A stretch of 64,000 bases of DNA from Ionaspis alba (lineage: Eukaryota). Positions 1 to 12,541 of this stretch are shown here, piece after piece. The stretch covers positions 1 through 64,000 of the forward strand of contig CAXUUL010000017.1 in NCBI GenBank assembly GCA_964255285.1, written 5' to 3'. The first letter of the stretch is position 1, and every line of letters begins with the position of its first letter. The notes under the pieces were generated by a model that had not been told where the DNA came from, made no database searches, and saw nothing but the letters and a program-made list of their open reading frames with translations. Position numbers and translations under genes: made by a program.

Positions 1-862
1 GCGCATTCTCATAAACCCCAGCCATGTAATTACACGCCCTCCTCACCTCCTTCAATCCCACTCCCACAACCTCCCACCACGGCCTCCCATTCTCATCATC
101 CATAAACCACACGCCACAATGCCTCGCCGCGGCATAAAGCGCACTCGCCGCAATCGTCCTGCTCGAGAAAAGTAAACACAGCATCGTCATACAACTATCA
201 TTAACAAACGCCCACGCCGCATTCCTGAGCGGTTTATTATTCTCCTCGGCGAAAAACACCAGGAGGTCGAAAAGCGGCTTATACGGCGGCTCGAGACTCA
301 AATCGAAGCAAATAGCCTCGAGCAACACATCCTCATACTGCAGTATCGTGTCCCGCCACCGCCAATACTCCTTATCCTGCTCATCAACGACCTTGGCCGG
401 ATTCTTCTGCGCAACCCGCACGCACGCCACCACCAGCTCTTTCATCTTGCGGCAATTCTCCTCCACTTTCGTCGCCAGGAACAGCGCCGTGGCGGCCACG
501 CTGTAGTAATGGAAACCGGGCTTCCCGGTCGCGGGCACGTCGATCATGCTGTGGCGCATGAAGAAGCGGTGCAGGAAGACGGAGGCCGTGGCCAGGGTGA
601 TTTGAGGCAGTTTGAGCATGATGCCTACTTGCAGGATGAAGTTCACGCCTTTGACGCGGTTTTCGCGCTCTTTGGCGGGGGCGAGTCCGGCGAGGATGGA
701 GGGCGTGAGGAGGAGCTCGGGTTCCGTGAAGAGCCATTGCGATTCGGCTAGCAGGAGGAGCTCGTCTGGAAGGGCGGGCGGGGCGCGTTGCGGCGAGGGT
801 TGGGGCGATTGGTGGGTGTGGTTTGTGGGTGAGATGTGAGGAGCGTGGGCGGCGGATGGCAT
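1..862 (-). CDS. Transcription-type cyclin (Pch1/Bur2, cyclin T/K-like), 3' end runs off the window
   Basis: Manual translation from ATG 862-860: MPSAAHAPH...QWLFTEPELLLTPSI...RVKGVNFILQVGIMLKLPQITLATASVFLHRFFMRHSM...ATALFLATKVEENCRKMKELVVAC...YWRWRDTILQYEDVLLEAICFDL. This is a cyclin box; the frame is open to position 2. Confidence 0.9.
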   Translation of the reverse strand, partial: MPSAAHAPHISPTNHTHQSPQPSPQRAPPALPDELLLLAESQWLFTEPELLLTPSILAGLAPAKERENRVKGVNFILQVGIMLKLPQITLATASVFLHRFFMRHSMIDVPATGKPGFHYYSVAATALFLATKVEENCRKMKELVVACVRVAQKNPAKVVDEQDKEYWRWRDTILQYEDVLLEAICFDLSLEPPYKPLFDLLVFFAEENNKPLRNAAWAFVNDSCMTMLCLLFSSRTIAASALYAAARHCGVWFMDDENGRPWWEVVGVGLKEVRRACNYMAGVYENA

Positions 863-1773
863 TATGACGGGACGCGGTTGGGGCGTGAGTGGATTTTCAT
901 GGGTGAGGATGATATGGTTGGGTTTGGTGGTTTTGATGGGTTGAGATGTGAGCCTGGAGGGAGAGGGGAGGTAGCTGTTGTGCTTGAGAGGATGGATGTC
1001 TGGGACGTGATCTCAATCTATCGTGGCGTAAGTATTGGGGTGAATACCAGATTCGTGACAATAAGACACGACGGTGATTTAGAAAGCATGAGCGGGTTAT
1101 CAATGGGATGTGGCAGTAATCGATGCGGACATGGATATCATTCAGCCCTGCCGTTCTCATTGTCTCGTTTCATCGCCGAAACCTTATTTCTCCCCGTATC
1201 TCTTCCGCCGGAAGTCAAGGTGGGAGAATAGTAAGTTAAGGTCGCTCATACTACTGATCACACCGCTGAGGGGAACTAGTTTCCGTAATACAAAATTCAT
1301 TATATACTTTAGTTCTGTCTGCACCGTATGCTGCAATAGTACGTATATCTATCCTATCATTAAATTGGACCATCCAAAACCATGCCCACCCCATATCCAT
1401 CTAAAGTCTAACAGTAGCAATGGAGACAATATCGATCAACAACCGAGCAAGAGCGTGTACAGACTCCATCCGGAACCCAAGTACCTGCTCGAGTCTTTGT
1501 TGCTATCTGAGAGAGGTCAACTCCTAAGACATCCGAAATACCTAGCCCAAATCCAATCAACGTATGTACGGATATGATGTAGGTATAATACAAGATTCGT
1601 TCGTGAAGTCGTAAAGTGCTGAAAGTTTGCCTCAACAATGAAAAGAAACATCTATTGGAAACTTGGACACAACCACTTAAAAAAGAGCAAATCGTAGAAT
1701 GTCAAAATGCTCAGCATCCCATGTTTGATGAAATTGGCACTTCGTCGTTTTCAAATGAGATTATCGAAGAATT

Positions 1774-4700
1774 TCAGCCAGGTCTCCGGAATGATTCTAC
1801 CCCAAGCGTAGGGGTCTCCACCAATTTGAGCTCTGGCACACCTTCGAACCTCCTTCTTTCGAAGAAGTTCTGGCACTCAATGATCAAGATGGCCCACTCC
1901 GCCAAGGCTCTACCAGAGTACTTGCTCAGACTAGCAGCCGGCCCCTTGGGTTTGGTGGGCTTGAGCTCATGTTGCTGCTCTGTACGCTTGGATTGCAAGA
2001 AGAGTTGAGCGGGTAGTGGTAATCTTGGCGGGTAGAGTCTGCGGTCCTTTGCTGTGATAGTCCGATCTATCCATTCTAAAGAGAACTTGAATGAAAGATG
2101 ACTGAGCTGGGACGACGAAGGAGGTGTCGAAGGATTGACCGGACGGTTCGTTCCAGGTGGGTTCTGAATGCCCTGCCCGTTTGGCATGGTAGGCTTGTCC
2201 GCCTTCTCATTCTCGATAGACTTTGGATCAGATGACGAAGTGCTCACCTTCGAGGATTCCGCCGACGTGCTCGAGAATGGAATGATATTTCGCAAGATCC
2301 CCCATCGCTTCTTTCCAGGACTCGAAGATCTGACCGAGCTATCTCTACTCGAAACCAAGGTCAATGGCTTCGAGGAGTCCGTTGACGATTTCTTATCTGC
2401 AGTCGATGGGGAGGTCGGAGAAGATGGATGTATTCCATCAAATGACACAAAAACACCGCCCGAACCAACATGGAAATCGTTCCTGATGATCAAAAGACGT
2501 CGACCGGGAGCTGGACTGCAAGGTGCAGTAGATGGTGGCACGAGTCCGTTCATTTCAGCATGTTCTAGAACGTGAAGAAAATAGCACCAGTTCTCCTGAA
2601 GTCGTGTAGAGAGCTTGTCAAGTATTTTGCTATTTTTTCATTAGCACTTTTTATCAAGCGCAGGACACTTAATGCTTACGTATCCAATTCCGAGGTATAT
2701 CCATCGAACCTTGCAACCCTCCAGCAGAGCAACCTCATATAATATGCTCTTACCATCGGACACCAATGATTGAATTGTCGTTGGAAATGTTCCTCAGTCA
2801 GCAGCCAATTAAGACAGATATCGCTCCTCCTGTTCTCATCTCTGACGATTATTCCCCAGAGGCCGTATATGAATGCGTAGAGACGAACTTCCGTCATGCT
2901 GTGGTTACTCTCCATCATTTGCTTACATACTTGAAGCCAGAACGGCCAATCAAGAAACGAGACAGGATCCTCCGAGTCGTGATAGAAGCGAGCTAAGATG
3001 ATAATCGCCTCCTCAAGGAAATCGCATAAGGTGAAGCACGCTGAATGGTTGAACAATGAAGTCCTTCGAGATGCAGCCTTCAGCAGATCACCATAGGATT
3101 CTGCAAACCATTGGCGGGCAACCTCCTTCACGGAAGCCGAATCTGACAAGAACTCTCTCAAAAGCATGATTAGGCGATTTTCGGCCATCGATCTGGGATT
3201 ATTGGATGGTGGCATCAATGGAGCAGCCGAAGCGTCGGCTCCAAGGACATCATCAAACGTAATTGGCAAGGCTCCCTCAGATGTCTCGACCTGCGGACTG
3301 TTGGATTTGTGAATGGTCGCATCCATGACGGTCAGCATTTGCGCTTGTACAAGCACATAGCATGGAGCACAGGCTCTTTCTGTCTTCGTAGCGTCTTCAG
3401 GCATCATCTCACTGACCAATACATGGTAGTACTTAGTGAATATGAAAAACAAGTCCGAGTCTCTGCCTGACCAACGCCCAACCCACGGTCCGTGCCAGGG
3501 TATATAGGCAGAGCTTAAAGGTAGTTGAGGCTTACTACGAAGGCGCCTCATCAAAGCAGGCAGAGATGTGAAGGCCAAAGCCTGAAGGTGCGGAGGGAAA
3601 GCTCTGATAGCTGCGTTTGTTGCGTCGGTCAGGTTTGAGTTGCGAAGAATGTCGGTCTCGTTCAGTACACGCCGCACCATGTCAGATGGAAGAGACCACA
3701 ATCGGACCAAGATATCGGCCACACCAGGACAGAAAATGAATGAGTATGCTGCAGCCTTGCCACAAAATGCCACAACGCTGGCTGGCACGCTGCGCAACGA
3801 CATCTTGTCTACCACGAAAGCCATTTGCGATAGAAGATTCTGAACGAAGGTGTTCCGAACATTATGTATGACTGATTCCGTGAGAAATTCCGATGCGCTT
3901 GATTCTAGGGACGTGTTCGATTTGGATCGCAACGACGGCCGCAACCTTTCATTTCGTGTGGATACTGCTGATATTGGCAACCGCCATTCTGGCCTCACCA
4001 TGATTCCAGTGACACCTTCGAGAATGGCTGGTCTATCATTTCCTGAAACTGATTGTCCATTACGCCCGTTCAGCATCTCTAAAAGACCTGTCCACCACTT
4101 ATTGAGGATGTTGACCCGTCGATCCAAGTCCTCTGCTCGTAGGCTTTTGTTGGAAGGGTGATGTGCGTAGGCTCGTAGAAAAGGAAGAAGGGTGCTGCGA
4201 ATCATATTGATTTTGGATGTACTTGGTTTGGAAGAGAATCTTGGTAACGGATCAGCGTGAAATCATGGAAGAGTGGGCAGAAGCACTCACTTCTGGAATT
4301 CTCCGTCTAGGTTTCGGAAATTGCTCCATAGTTCGTCCTTCTTCTTCGGTGTCTCCGTGCCTGAGTTTTGTAATCGATCCGTGGAGGGTAATCTTGGTAG
4401 ATGTTCTCTACTTATCGATGCTTGTCCAGCAGCAAATGAGGAAAGCTTGTCTGTAGAGAAGCTCTTCGGGAGAGAAGGCACTGCCGGAGGATTATCGTGG
4501 AAATAGGATTGTGACCTTCCAAGCATGGCACTGATTGGTCTTCTCCCTGCCTTGTTTCCTGTTGTGCTCTTTCTTTGAACAATGCTTACATTCCCACTCG
4601 TAACCACTGGACCGTTTGGCACCGGATGTGTTTCATCCAAGTCAGGTGGTGTCTTCGTCTCTGGCGGTGTGTTTGGGCCAGAAGCTCCACCAATATGTCC

Positions 4701-5279
4701 CCGTGAACCAGCATCTATGCTTTTCCGTTTGCTAGGCGATGGAGAACGAGACGATCTCATCCAAGACTTTCTTGCTAGGCTCGAAAGAGTAGTGGCAACG
4801 GACCTGCCCTTCCCGTCTATATCATCCCTAACGACTGCTTTTGGTAGTTGACTTATATCATCGATAGTCTGATCGTCTCCCACCACAAAACTAGATATGG
4901 CTACCTTTGGGTCTTTCTGGAAGAGCTTAGACTTACGGCGAGTAAGTCTGTTGGTTTTGGTTGCCTGAATCTTGTTGGACACTTTCGACGGGCCATTGCG
5001 TTGGGCATTGCTAGTATCGAGACTCGATAGCACATTTTCCGAGAATGTTCGTTTGATACCACCGGCTTCAAACGTGGAATCTTTCTCGAGTGCTGCAGCG
5101 GTTGAAGGAAGATCGACGTAGCTCGCAGACTGCGGAATTCCAGATTTTATAGGTCGCCCATGTCCATTGGGGATTCCGTTGGGAATGTTTTTGATGGTGC
5201 TGCTGTTCTTGGACGATTGTGTCTTGGAAGACTGTGCTGGATCTGGTGCTTGTGAGTCTGCTAGAGCGGCATTGGACAT
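1774..5279 (-). CDS. Conserved fungal DUF1765-like protein, 3 exons
   Basis: Three long ORFs join in frame through GT-AG introns 4240-4290 and 2630-2679. Motifs LNKWWTGLL, FNHWCPMVRAYYMRLLCWR and KYSGRALAEW are recalled from this family. Confidence 0.8.
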
Positions 5280-6448
5280 GATATCTCTAGGACAGTTCTG
5301 CCCATAGAGTCGACTGAGAGAAGAAAATCAATTGTGGACTATGATTCCATCATGGGTAACGAGGTAGGCAAAGTGGTACAATTACCCCGTGAGACGGCTA
5401 ATGACAGGAATGAGTTACTAAACGAATGCGCAAAGCCTATAACGACAGAATAGTGAGTAGGAGAATATACAAGACAAAGACTTGTCGAAATGAGAGTGTC
5501 GTGGCGGAGAAGAATGATTGAAGGACTATCACCGTATGCAGGAGGAATTGGACGAATCACAGTGTTCAAGAGCGGACCCTCCGGCACCGAATTTCAAGGT
5601 CGGGGTCTCGCTACCAAACGGTCTTGTGATTAGCCACCGAACTAACCGACAGGGTTTTGCCCGAAGGGTGTAAATATAGCTCAACAAAAACTCGGATCTA
5701 TTATTACATGTCTTAATATTCTTGCTGATCTGCAGCGATTCCTTCCAAGTCCCTTTATTATATCTCATGACCAGTCTTGTCCCCTACACGTTCAATCGAA
5801 GGAGCTGGCAGGATCGCATGGCGCAGATGGCCAGACTCCGCTGCAGGGCGATAGGAAGGGCCAAAAACTAGCAGGCAATCTATCTGCAACGTTGACCATT
5901 GCATTGTGCATAGTAATACAGGCACGGACTCAAGAATTCAGCGAAGCCTACCATGGAAGCATGTTTGGCTCGCGTATAGACTTAAGAAGATCAAAGCAAT
6001 TCCTCTGAGAATTATGGACTGGAAGCTTCATTGCTCTATTGTGTTATTCAGAGCCTAGCCAGCAGCCACAATTTGCTCGAAGTTTTGCCATTACGATGTT
6101 GTTATCATTTGAGGAACCACTCAGACGAGAAGTCAATGGATTGCTTGGCCGGACTTTGAGGAGCCGGCTGCCAGTTTGACCACAATTGGAATTCTTGGAA
6201 AGGCCAGAAAATTTGGAATGACAAAATGAGTCTAATGTCAGGCTTGTATCTTTGTATGCGGCTGTAGTCGTCATACATAGCTGCAATCCCACACGAGCGG
6301 TGAAGGGATGAAAACGATTTAAGTTATTCGGACTTCAATGCAGCAATCAGAGCCACAGAATTTTCGAGCACATCCACTCCCGCCCCATGCAAGCACAATA
6401 AAAAGCTCTTTTATTCACTGACACGATGTAATATACACATTTGATTAC

Positions 6449-6932
6449 TCAATGCTTCGCATGCTCCTCTTCCTCCTCATCCTCAAACCAATCCTCCTCA
6501 ACCGGTTCCTGCCCCGCTGCGGCCTGCCCCTCGACTTCGACCGTTTGATCCTCGTATGCCTTTAGCTCATTCGCAATGTTTCCCTCCTCAGGAGACGTCG
6601 GCGGCTTGGGGGCAGTGAACTTTTGCACATGGCCATCCGAGTCGGAGGCTTTGATGGGCGCTGGTTTGTACGCTTTGAGTTCGCGAATGTAGAGGTCCTG
6701 GACAAGATCCGCTGGAGGTAGCAACCAGATTAGCTTCATGCCATAGACCATAACTAGGAATCAGAATCAATATTCATTACCTTGCCGAACAGCTGTAGGT
6801 ATAATCAGCGTTCGTCGTAGAGGAAGTCCCTGGCGACTGAGGCGGGCCAGGACAGACCGCTGGGCCAAATCAGCTGAAGGTTCAATTGACGTCCAAGAGG
6901 ACACTCACAGATGGTTTGAGTGATCGAAACAT
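6449..6932 (-). CDS. ATP14: Mitochondrial ATP synthase subunit h, 3 exons
   Basis: Exons 6932-6909, 6859-6781 and 6711-6449 give an Arg-rich presequence (MFRSLKPSRSVLARLSRQ...) followed by ADLVQDLYIRELKAYKP and an acidic tail EEDWFEDEEEE. Confidence 0.92.
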
Positions 6933-7173
6933 GACAATAGAGCTGAGCGCAGTCTGGTAATGCCTGTTTGTGAAGTCAAAGCTCTACGGACTTCGAAGTC
7001 GGCCAAAAGGCTTGGCACCAATTAGCTTCGAGGTGGGTTGAAGCTCTTCCTTCGTGCAACCAAGCACCACCAACACTTCTGGTCGTTGCAACCTGAACAC
7101 GCCTGATCACAATTACTGCTACGAGCAAATCTGATCCCACAGAGAATCAACACCTATTGCGAAAGCACCCAAC

Positions 7174-7750
7174 ATGGCTTCTCCTGAAGCAGTTCCACCC
7201 GGCTCAGTGTACGCATCCTCCTACTGCACACACTCACCAATCCCTACCCACCACGTTCGATGTTTAACTAACAAAACCTCTCAGTACAACCCTCGGCACC
7301 CCCTTAAACCTGTTTCTCCTCTCCCTCCTCCTCCTAGTAGCCTACCTCCGCCTCCGACCATCACCTCCGACCCCTCCACCTCAAACCGCACCTCCAATCC
7401 TCTTCTGCACCTTCACGCCCCCAACTCTCCTGCCCAACAACGGCACTAACAACAATCCCGTCTATCTTGCCGTCCGCGGCCGTGTCTTCGATGTATCATC
7501 TGGTCGCCAATTCTACGGTCCCGGCGGACCCTACGAGAACTTTGCTGGCAGAGACGCCAGTAGGGGATTGGCATGTGGGAGTTTTGACGAGGATATGTTG
7601 ACAAAGGATTTGGAGGGGCCGTTGGACAAGCTTGAGGGGCTGGGTCCGGACGAGATGGATGCATTGAGAGGATGGGAGGAGAGGTTTTCGGAGAAGTATC
7701 TTGTTGTGGGCAAGCTGGTTGCTGTTGGGGAGGAGGGAAAGGAGGAGTAA
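7174..7750 (+). CDS. DAP1: Membrane-associated progesterone receptor family, cytochrome b5-like heme/steroid-binding protein, 2 exons
   Basis: Intron 7209-7284. N-terminal TM helix (LNLFLLSLLLLVAYL), then VYLAVRGRVFDVSSGRQFYGPGGPYENFAGRDASRGLA...WEERFSEKYLVVGKL. Confidence 0.92.
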
Positions 7751-8014
7751 TGTTGGTGGAACGGGGAATGGGGAACGATCTCACGATCTCATGTTACTAC
7801 TCAAATGCTTGAAAGATGGTAAACCATCTCAACAATAGATTCAGCAGATGTTCGTCACGAATGGCATATTGCAACGACTTTCTATTCATTCTCCCATCCG
7901 ATTGCGGTACCCTATTAGTACGCCTGGATTTCCATGCAGCTCTGCGTGCGACACCCAAAAAATAAGACGCCATACTACATCTGTGTACAAGTACGCTCAG
8001 CAGTGCATCATTCC

Positions 8015-11013
8015 TTATTTGGGCTTCGTCACGACGCCTTCGTACTCCCTCGACTCAATGTAGTCGAGAGTCCGTTGGAAATGCCGCTTCGAGTTCTCCA
8101 GAGATGCACTGTCTTGGTTTGTCTGAACATTTGAGTGAATAAGCTCGATCAAGCCGTTGAGGTATTTGGTGGTGACCTTGACAATGTTAGCAATGATCTT
8201 ACAGTATAGAGAGCACGACACGCATACCTGCTCGTTTTGCTGATCAAAATAGTATACATAGCGATTCAGGATTTCAACAAACAGCCCCACGGAGACTGCT
8301 GTATCCATACAGGCATCGGCAACTCTGAGGGCACGTTGCAAGCATTCCAAAACACGCTTGCCGTCGCGATAAAGCTGAAAGGTAATTAGTCAATGCGCTA
8401 AGAATATGTTCCAGCAGCTTACATTTTTTGAGTCGTCCTCTCCCTTGGCAGGTATTTCTATTGCCCACCATAGATGGCTAGCCAGATATACTGCCTGACA
8501 CTGGTCTGGCTTCTTCAGCAACTTGCTTCCATGCAATGCACATTTTGTGATCAGGGTGTCGTAATTCTCTTTGCTGAAACCACGGGTTCCATGTAGCGCC
8601 CCAGCAATTACACACACAGCCTGGAATTGTGCTCTCGAATCGCTAACAGCCTCCTCGTATATGGTGAAAGCTTGAGCAAAGAATTCGTATGCCACTTCCT
8701 CGAACCCGTTCTGATCGGCTATCTGCCCACACATGATGAAAAGGCGGAGGCATAGATCTGCTGCGCCATTGACGCGGGTATACAAAGCTGATATCGAGCT
8801 ATGCATGAACTTGTAGAGCGCCGAGGATTGTGTCTGCCAGTTGTCGTCGTAGTGTTCTCGACTTTTATACCTGCGAGCCAGCTTTATGGAGGAATTTAGC
8901 AAGGCGGGAGTCGTGTACTTGATCCGCTCGTTGCCATCCGCAAAGGCTTTCCGGGTGACTTGAAGGAGCTTGAATTGTGTATCGTTGTCGGGGCTTTGGA
9001 TAAAATGGACTATCCGAGCGAGCCATCCTTGCTCTTCGATGGTTTCCTCCGTCTCTATGCTTCTCCGTTGACTGGGAACACCTGCATAGCCGCCGGGTTG
9101 CTGCATGCCTTCTCTGATTAGGACGCGTAATATCTCAAGGACACCATCCAGGTTTTCCGCAGAAGATATTTGAGTTTGATTTCGCAAGATGCTCTTTGCG
9201 ACCTCACCAGCAACAGCTCGCCGAGTTGGGTAGGTCTGTGTATGGAGAAGAGGGATATAATTTGGTAGTGCGAGCGCAGTAAATAGTGAGAGATAGACTT
9301 TGATGGGAGCGAGAAGGAGACCAAGGATATTAGATTGTGTGGGAGCAGAATGAAGGTCGGCACTGTTAGCATACTGAGCGACTTTTTCGTTGGCGTACGA
9401 GAGGACTTGGTCGATATAGTCTAATCCGGTCAGCATTCAAGAAATTTCCAATATATAGGGCAAGGGGCCTACCCATCCTATCCGGGTAAATGTTCCTAGA
9501 TCATGGATTAGTCGAGTCCTGACCTGGTTTATAAGAGCAATACGTACAGGGCGAGGTTCGCTAAGGAGACAAGGAGAGCTATAGTATCTTGTATCGGTAG
9601 TCGTTGAGCATGAATGAGGTGCGTAACTTGTCCATAAAATATCTCGTAGAGCTTGACATCTTCAGGAATGCCCCTGCTTTTCCTAGCAGGGGTCTTCTCC
9701 TGGTCACCCTCTGTTTTAGTGCCATCGACTTTGTCATGGCCTCGTGTGAGCTCTTCAGTTGAGGGTTCTGTAGGAGTCTTGGCCGAGGCATGTTCAGTCT
9801 TACTAGCCTGGTCACCATTCGCATGTTCACCGTTGGTTTGCCCAGAGTCGTGCTTGGCTTCGACAGTCTTCGTCTCCTTAGAAATCCTTAGTTCCTCCAG
9901 TAATCGAGAGGTAGCTTCCTCTTCTGACTTCTTTCGATCCTCTGGAGATTCTGATTCTGATTCTCGCTCAGCATATGCAGAAAGTCTATTCATCAGACCA
10001 ATGACAATGGCTTTGATGTTGACATGCGGGTTGAGTCGGGCAATAGCAGGAAGAAGCTGGTCGAGAGTATTTAGATGAAATTCATCCGGGAACACTTGCG
10101 TTATGACTAGTATATCGTCGTCAGGATTGAAAGACCTGTACAATCATGTCTGCAGGGAAGCCTACCTTCTAGCAAATATTCTTGAGCTAGCACATCTCTG
10201 CATTGCACTACCTGCTCAAGGAGAGGCTGTAATATTACTGTCTTATAAGCTTCAAGATCGACCAGTTGGCTGAGTCTGACCAGATTGCTCCCAACGAGCA
10301 GCTGTAGCTCTTGCCGCTCCTTGGTCCTTTGCTCTCTTTCTCTCGAATGTCCCTGATGCTGCAACCTCACCCAAAGCTTGTTCATTTCCACAAAATTGGT
10401 CAATATAAAGCTTATCGAGTCCTGAAGATTTCCTTCCGGTCCATCACCAGTCCCAGTAGGCAAAGAATCCCGTGCCTGCCCGGAAAGATAGTAACGCAGA
10501 AACAGCCCTCGGATTGGATGCTGAACCCCTCTGCTCATCTCCATCATATCCTTCATGATTTCCTTCACTGGTGCTTCTTCAATACCCATGTAGACTGTGC
10601 CAACCGTAATCATGAGATATAGCCTGGGCACGATATTTCCTGCATATTGTACCAGCTCGTACAGGTCCGCGAGGTGGTTGGCGGGGTGTGATTCGCGAAG
10701 AGACACGGAGAGATGTCTGAGAGCATCGAAGACTGCCATATATAACTCATAGTACTGTTTGGGACCCAAGCTGCTTGTTCGGAGCTCCGCAACCAATGTA
10801 GAGCTAAAGTAGTAAGCTTGCTGAATGCCATGATCTGTCGAAGACAAAAGCTCGAGTTGAGTAGACTTTGGTAGCATACCTGCATTTCAGAGCATCCATG
10901 AGCTTCCCAGGTGTTTCAAGACACTTGCGCATTAGATGCGTCTGTTGACGAACTTGTCCCAAGGCATCCTCAAGCAGGCGGCCTTGGTCTTCAATCACTG
11001 GAGGGGACGACAT
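8015..11013 (-). CDS. VPS35: Retromer subunit Vps35, 7 exons
   Basis: [18 protein letters not shown]..., [51 protein letters not shown]. Introns 10804-10879, 10107-10165, 9496-9547, 9421-9472, 8375-8422 and 8177-8227. Confidence 0.96.
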
Positions 11014-11776
11014 GTTGTCACCTGTACCAGGCCTCAACCTTGACGTGATACCCTTCTCTCCCCTCTTCCTGCCGTTGAGCCCCAGTCCGGTGATTAATTG
11101 AAGCACTTTGAATCTTGTTGCATTTCATGCTCAATCGATTCGAGAACAAGCTGTTTCGTTGTATAATATAACGGATCGGAGCTTCAACTTCCTCCGCGCG
11201 GCGCCAACGTCATTGACCAATTATACTCTAGCTTGCCTAGTGCCTTTCAGTAAGACAGGTAATATTGCAAACATTTCAGATTCCCGTATTGCATCTGGCA
11301 CGAATATTCATGGGACAGGTTGAAATGGTCATGTAAGCTGTATTTATGATATCGAATAGTTATGCAGGATCTGATTATCCCGCTATCTATATAATTCTCC
11401 CGGAGCGCCTTGGTGTGGTCCGCTGACCTTCCCACAGTCAACCTCATAATTCACTACCATTTCCAACTCCATCGCTAAAGTGACTGCTCAAAGAAATAGC
11501 TGGCCCCGAACTTCCTTATCTTCCCTGTCAAAGGTAGATCAAAATATCAAACATCGAATCGAATTGAATGCCAATCGTAGAACGTTCCTGTACATTATTT
11601 GTCTCGTGTATCCCATGACGCCAAATTGCCCTGCTGGCAGCGCTATACGTAACGATGACCATAACGGCAGAACGATCAAGATTTAAAGTCCGTCCGCGTA
11701 TTGGGTAGAAGTATAAAGGTGTTTGAGGTTGACAGGTAGGTGTGGCTCCGTATCTATAGGAGATCAATGCATTCGT

Positions 11777-12541
11777 TTATCTTTGGTAAGCCGTCGGTAA
11801 GAGGGTGCCTGACATCGCCGTCGCTGTGGACGTGTGGTTCCATGACGGGTAGGTTGTGTGCCAAAAACCGTCATCATAAGTAGTTGTCGTGCTCGGGGAT
11901 TGGGATTGGTATGTTGTCGGAGTGATAGTAGAGATGGTAGCTGTGCTCGTGAATAGGGATTGGTAAGTTGTCGGAGTAATAGCAGAGATGGCAGCTGTAC
12001 TGCTTGATTCGGTGCAGGGAAAGCCCGACTTGGAGTTTATGGTAGGAGTCAAAGTTGAGGCAGTTGTGGACGTTGTAGAGATTGTGAGTGTCGTGGAAGT
12101 TGAGAAGATGGTGGAGGTAGAACGGGCTGTAGCTTTAGAAATTGATTCTGGGCCATGTCCCATAGGGATGGAGACTGTCACCACTGGAGGCTCAGGGTTC
12201 ACCACTATTATAGAGGGTTCGTGAGTCGCAGTGACGGTCGTGACAACCGTTGTGGCTAGAGGAGCTCTTGTGCTCGGTGATACCGTCACAGTCACGGTAT
12301 CCTCGATGCTCTTCGTCACTGTCTGAATGACAGTCTTAGGATGATCGTGTGCTGCAGAATGTGTCGCTACTGATGGTGCTGCTGCCACGGCTGAACCGCC
12401 ATCTACCGCGACCACTGAGTAGGAGGCACGTTTCTGCTTTGCCTGTTGTCTGTCATGATTTTGAGGGTTGAAGGGGAGAGCCTGCGCAACAAGAGCACAG
12501 TAGACAACCCCAGAAATGATATAGAGATATGGGAGATGCAT
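11777..12541 (-). CDS. Putative secreted Ser/Thr-rich protein
   Basis: Likely start MHLPYLYIISGVVYCALVAQA (signal-peptide-like), then KR, a Thr/Ser-rich body with a repeated ITPTTYQS and C-terminal YDDGFWHTTYPSWN. The ORF is open upstream to 12751, so the start is uncertain. Confidence 0.7.
   Translation of the reverse strand: MHLPYLYIISGVVYCALVAQALPFNPQNHDRQQAKQKRASYSVVAVDGGSAVAAAPSVATHSAAHDHPKTVIQTVTKSIEDTVTVTVSPSTRAPLATTVVTTVTATHEPSIIVVNPEPPVVTVSIPMGHGPESISKATARSTSTIFSTSTTLTISTTSTTASTLTPTINSKSGFPCTESSSTAAISAITPTTYQSLFTSTATISTITPTTYQSQSPSTTTTYDDGFWHTTYPSWNHTSTATAMSGTLLPTAYQR

Noticed and set aside
6995..7015. U2 snRNA-like GCCTTTTGGC on the minus strand
   Set aside because: Only a 10-nt match, with no branch-pairing region or Sm site.
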